Shown here piece by piece: positions 62,001 through 64,000 of a DNA stretch of 64,000 nt. The stretch lies in NCBI GenBank assembly GCA_048013815.1, contig CM106585.1, forward strand, positions 7,130,001-7,194,000. The letters are read 5' to 3'. The position numbers and the translations under genes are program-made. Under the pieces are notes generated by a model. The model worked only from the letters and a program-made list of their open reading frames with translations. It ran no database searches and was not told the DNA's origin. Each line of letters opens with the position of its first letter. The stretch's first letter is position 1. Source of the stretch: Setoptus koraiensis (lineage: Eukaryota > Animalia > Arthropoda).

Positions 62001-63736
62001 GATATGAAACGCAGTTACGTAAGCGCCAGATAGAGAGTAGACATTGAGTAGAGAGGCCAACATGAGGCGAGCAAGTGGCGCTAATGCTGTTACAATGCAA
62101 ACTGAACAATATAAACCGAAGCGAGTCGGCCAGCGACGGCCAACAAGTGGATCGCTGGCGCGCTAATTGGGTTTGCGTGTCCGCTCGGGCGCGGCGCCCG
62201 AGCCAATAGGACTGATGTGCGTGCCAGTGTCTTTGTACGCACTAAAAACTATAAAACCACTTTGCCGGCCAGAGCCAGTCATTGGTCGGGCCACTCGTCG
62301 AGCTCGTCGGGCTCGTCGGGCTCGTCGGACGGGGCCACCGTTTGGCGCCGCCGTCGCCAGCGCATCCGATAATGGGCCGGTCTCTCAGCGAATTCTCGTG
62401 CGCCGCTGTGCATTTAGCAGAGCGCTGCGATAATAGACCAATAGTCCATCGCACGAATCGTTTATATCTGGCGATCGAATCGCTCTCGATTATAACTCAA
62501 ACTCTCGCTTATGTGGCCGCTCGGCCACACGGGATTACGGCCGTTGTGTGTCTGACAAATAAACGATATTTTAAACGAAATGCGATCAATAATGCGAGTG
62601 TTGTTAACACTCGTTGTTGGCTTGATGATGTGGGCTGCCGGCCAATCATGATGGATTGGCCGACTTGTTGCACGCAGCGGCAGCGCGTGAGCAGTGGTCA
62701 CTCGCTGCGCCGTTGTCCGGTCCAGTTTGGCGCAATTTTGGCGCAATTCGTTGAGCCGGCCGGCCGGCCGGTTGGTCAGCCCGGTCAGGTGGTGGGGCCA
62801 CTTGCACTTGTTGTTGTTGTTGTTGTCGTTGATAACTTGTCAACTTGTGCACTATTTAGTGCGCCATTATTTGCTGTACGCCGGCTGACAGCTTGTCGGC
62901 CGGCGCGCCACAACAGTGACAGGCAGGCTAGTTACGTAAGCATTGCGTGCCGCATTTTGGTCTGTTTGTTTGTTTGTTGCGCGACGACCATACAAGAGCC
63001 ACTGAATGAGCCATCATACATGCGACCAATGGTGAATGGTCAACTTTGGAGCAAAAGGGCCAGCCCATTGAGCGACACAAGTGACCATTGACATAGTCAG
63101 TGTGGCGTGCTGTTGACACACACATTCAAACAACAAGCGATGACACAACAACAAACAACAATTTGCGGCAACTATTGCGTAAGCTCATTAATTAATATCT
63201 GCCAGTTGCTCTTAATGATGGCCGGTTGGATGGCATTGTTTCTTTGTCATGCGACGGTGGCCCGGACATTCCGTGCTTGTGTGTGGTCCGAATGCTGCGA
63301 CTCTCTCAAAGGTCAGCCACTGACCACTCACTGTACGAGACATTGCCGGACAGCCGGATTATGGTTGCAGTGGCCGAGAGATGGATGCCATTTCCATCAC
63401 ACACACGACACACACACACACACACCGTCTATGTAATGTTCTTATAGCGTGAGCCGTATAATTTATCCCCCGCGCCACAACCAGAGAGATGCACACTGTC
63501 GGCACGCATCTCTCGTTGTGGCGGCGCTCGTTGCGCAATCGCCGGCTAACCGGCGATTCTCGATAACAACTAACTCGATAACAGCATTAATAACTTTGAC
63601 CATTGGTCACTTGCAACAAGCAACGAGCACCGATAAGTGATAGTATCAACAGAAGAGTGTAAATAATAAATCATCATTCTCTCTTTTCATCATACTCATT
63701 TTCGCCAACATGCATTATTATGCATCATTGGCGCAG

Positions 63737-64000
63737 GACCCGGTCACTGGTTCGACCCCGACCAGTTGGTCATCGGCGACTACGGTCTCAGCAAGGATCA
63801 GGCCCAGGCTCAGATGGCCATTTGGTCTATTTGGTCGGCCCCATTGTATATGAGCAACGATTTGCGCGACATTGATCCCGATATGCGCAACATTCTGTTG
63901 AATAGGCACGTTTTAGCCATTAATCAGGACGATCTGGGCCTGTTCGGATTGATGGTGCAAGACAAGCGCTCCATTCAGGTGTACGCAAAAACAATCAGAA
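63737..64000 (+). CDS. GH27 alpha-galactosidase/NAGA, exon 4 (runs off the window)
   Basis: GCAG acceptor, then (G)PGHWFDPDQLVIGDYGLS..AQMAIWSIWSAPLYMSNDLR..AINQDDLG. Confidence 0.92.

Noticed and set aside
47000-63700. Dozens of 60-270 aa ORFs inside the GH27 introns (for example 62282-63091); also a by-eye scan for conserved arthropod miRNAs
   Set aside because: The ORFs have low-complexity composition and no domains. Only partial seed-like matches were seen (miR-315-like near 47168, miR-34-like near 49304), without a supporting hairpin.

Overview
Eukaryotic animal DNA, most likely a small-genome mite; this is inferred from the intron-poor, tightly packed genes and a bacterial-type UDP-glycosyltransferase of the kind described in phytophagous mites. 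Gene-dense blocks (about 1-18.4 kb and 25-39.5 kb) alternate with microsatellite-rich non-coding blocks (about 18.4-25.2 kb and most of 41.5-63.7 kb). Genes in order: a partial ORF at the left edge, a UGT, ubinuclein-like copy A, Nup88, three tandem F-box genes, inverted ubinuclein-like copy B, prolyl 4-hydroxylase alpha (3 exons), a 4-TM MARVEL-like protein, catalase, RPSA, MRPL49, MED11, an M3 peptidase homolog without HExxH, MRPL15, MED27, Myc, and a GH27 alpha-galactosidase/NAGA gene with 1.4, 6.0 and 10.7 kb introns that runs off the right edge. The best candidate for an undescribed system is the tandem array at 8.9-16.5 kb. It encodes F-box + LRR proteins fused to a catalytically dead, truncated UPF1-like (SF1B) helicase half, and shows block-wise hypervariability, near-identical spacers, and one copy broken by a single nonsense change. 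All homology calls rest on recognising motifs by eye, with reference motifs quoted from memory; no database searches were run.
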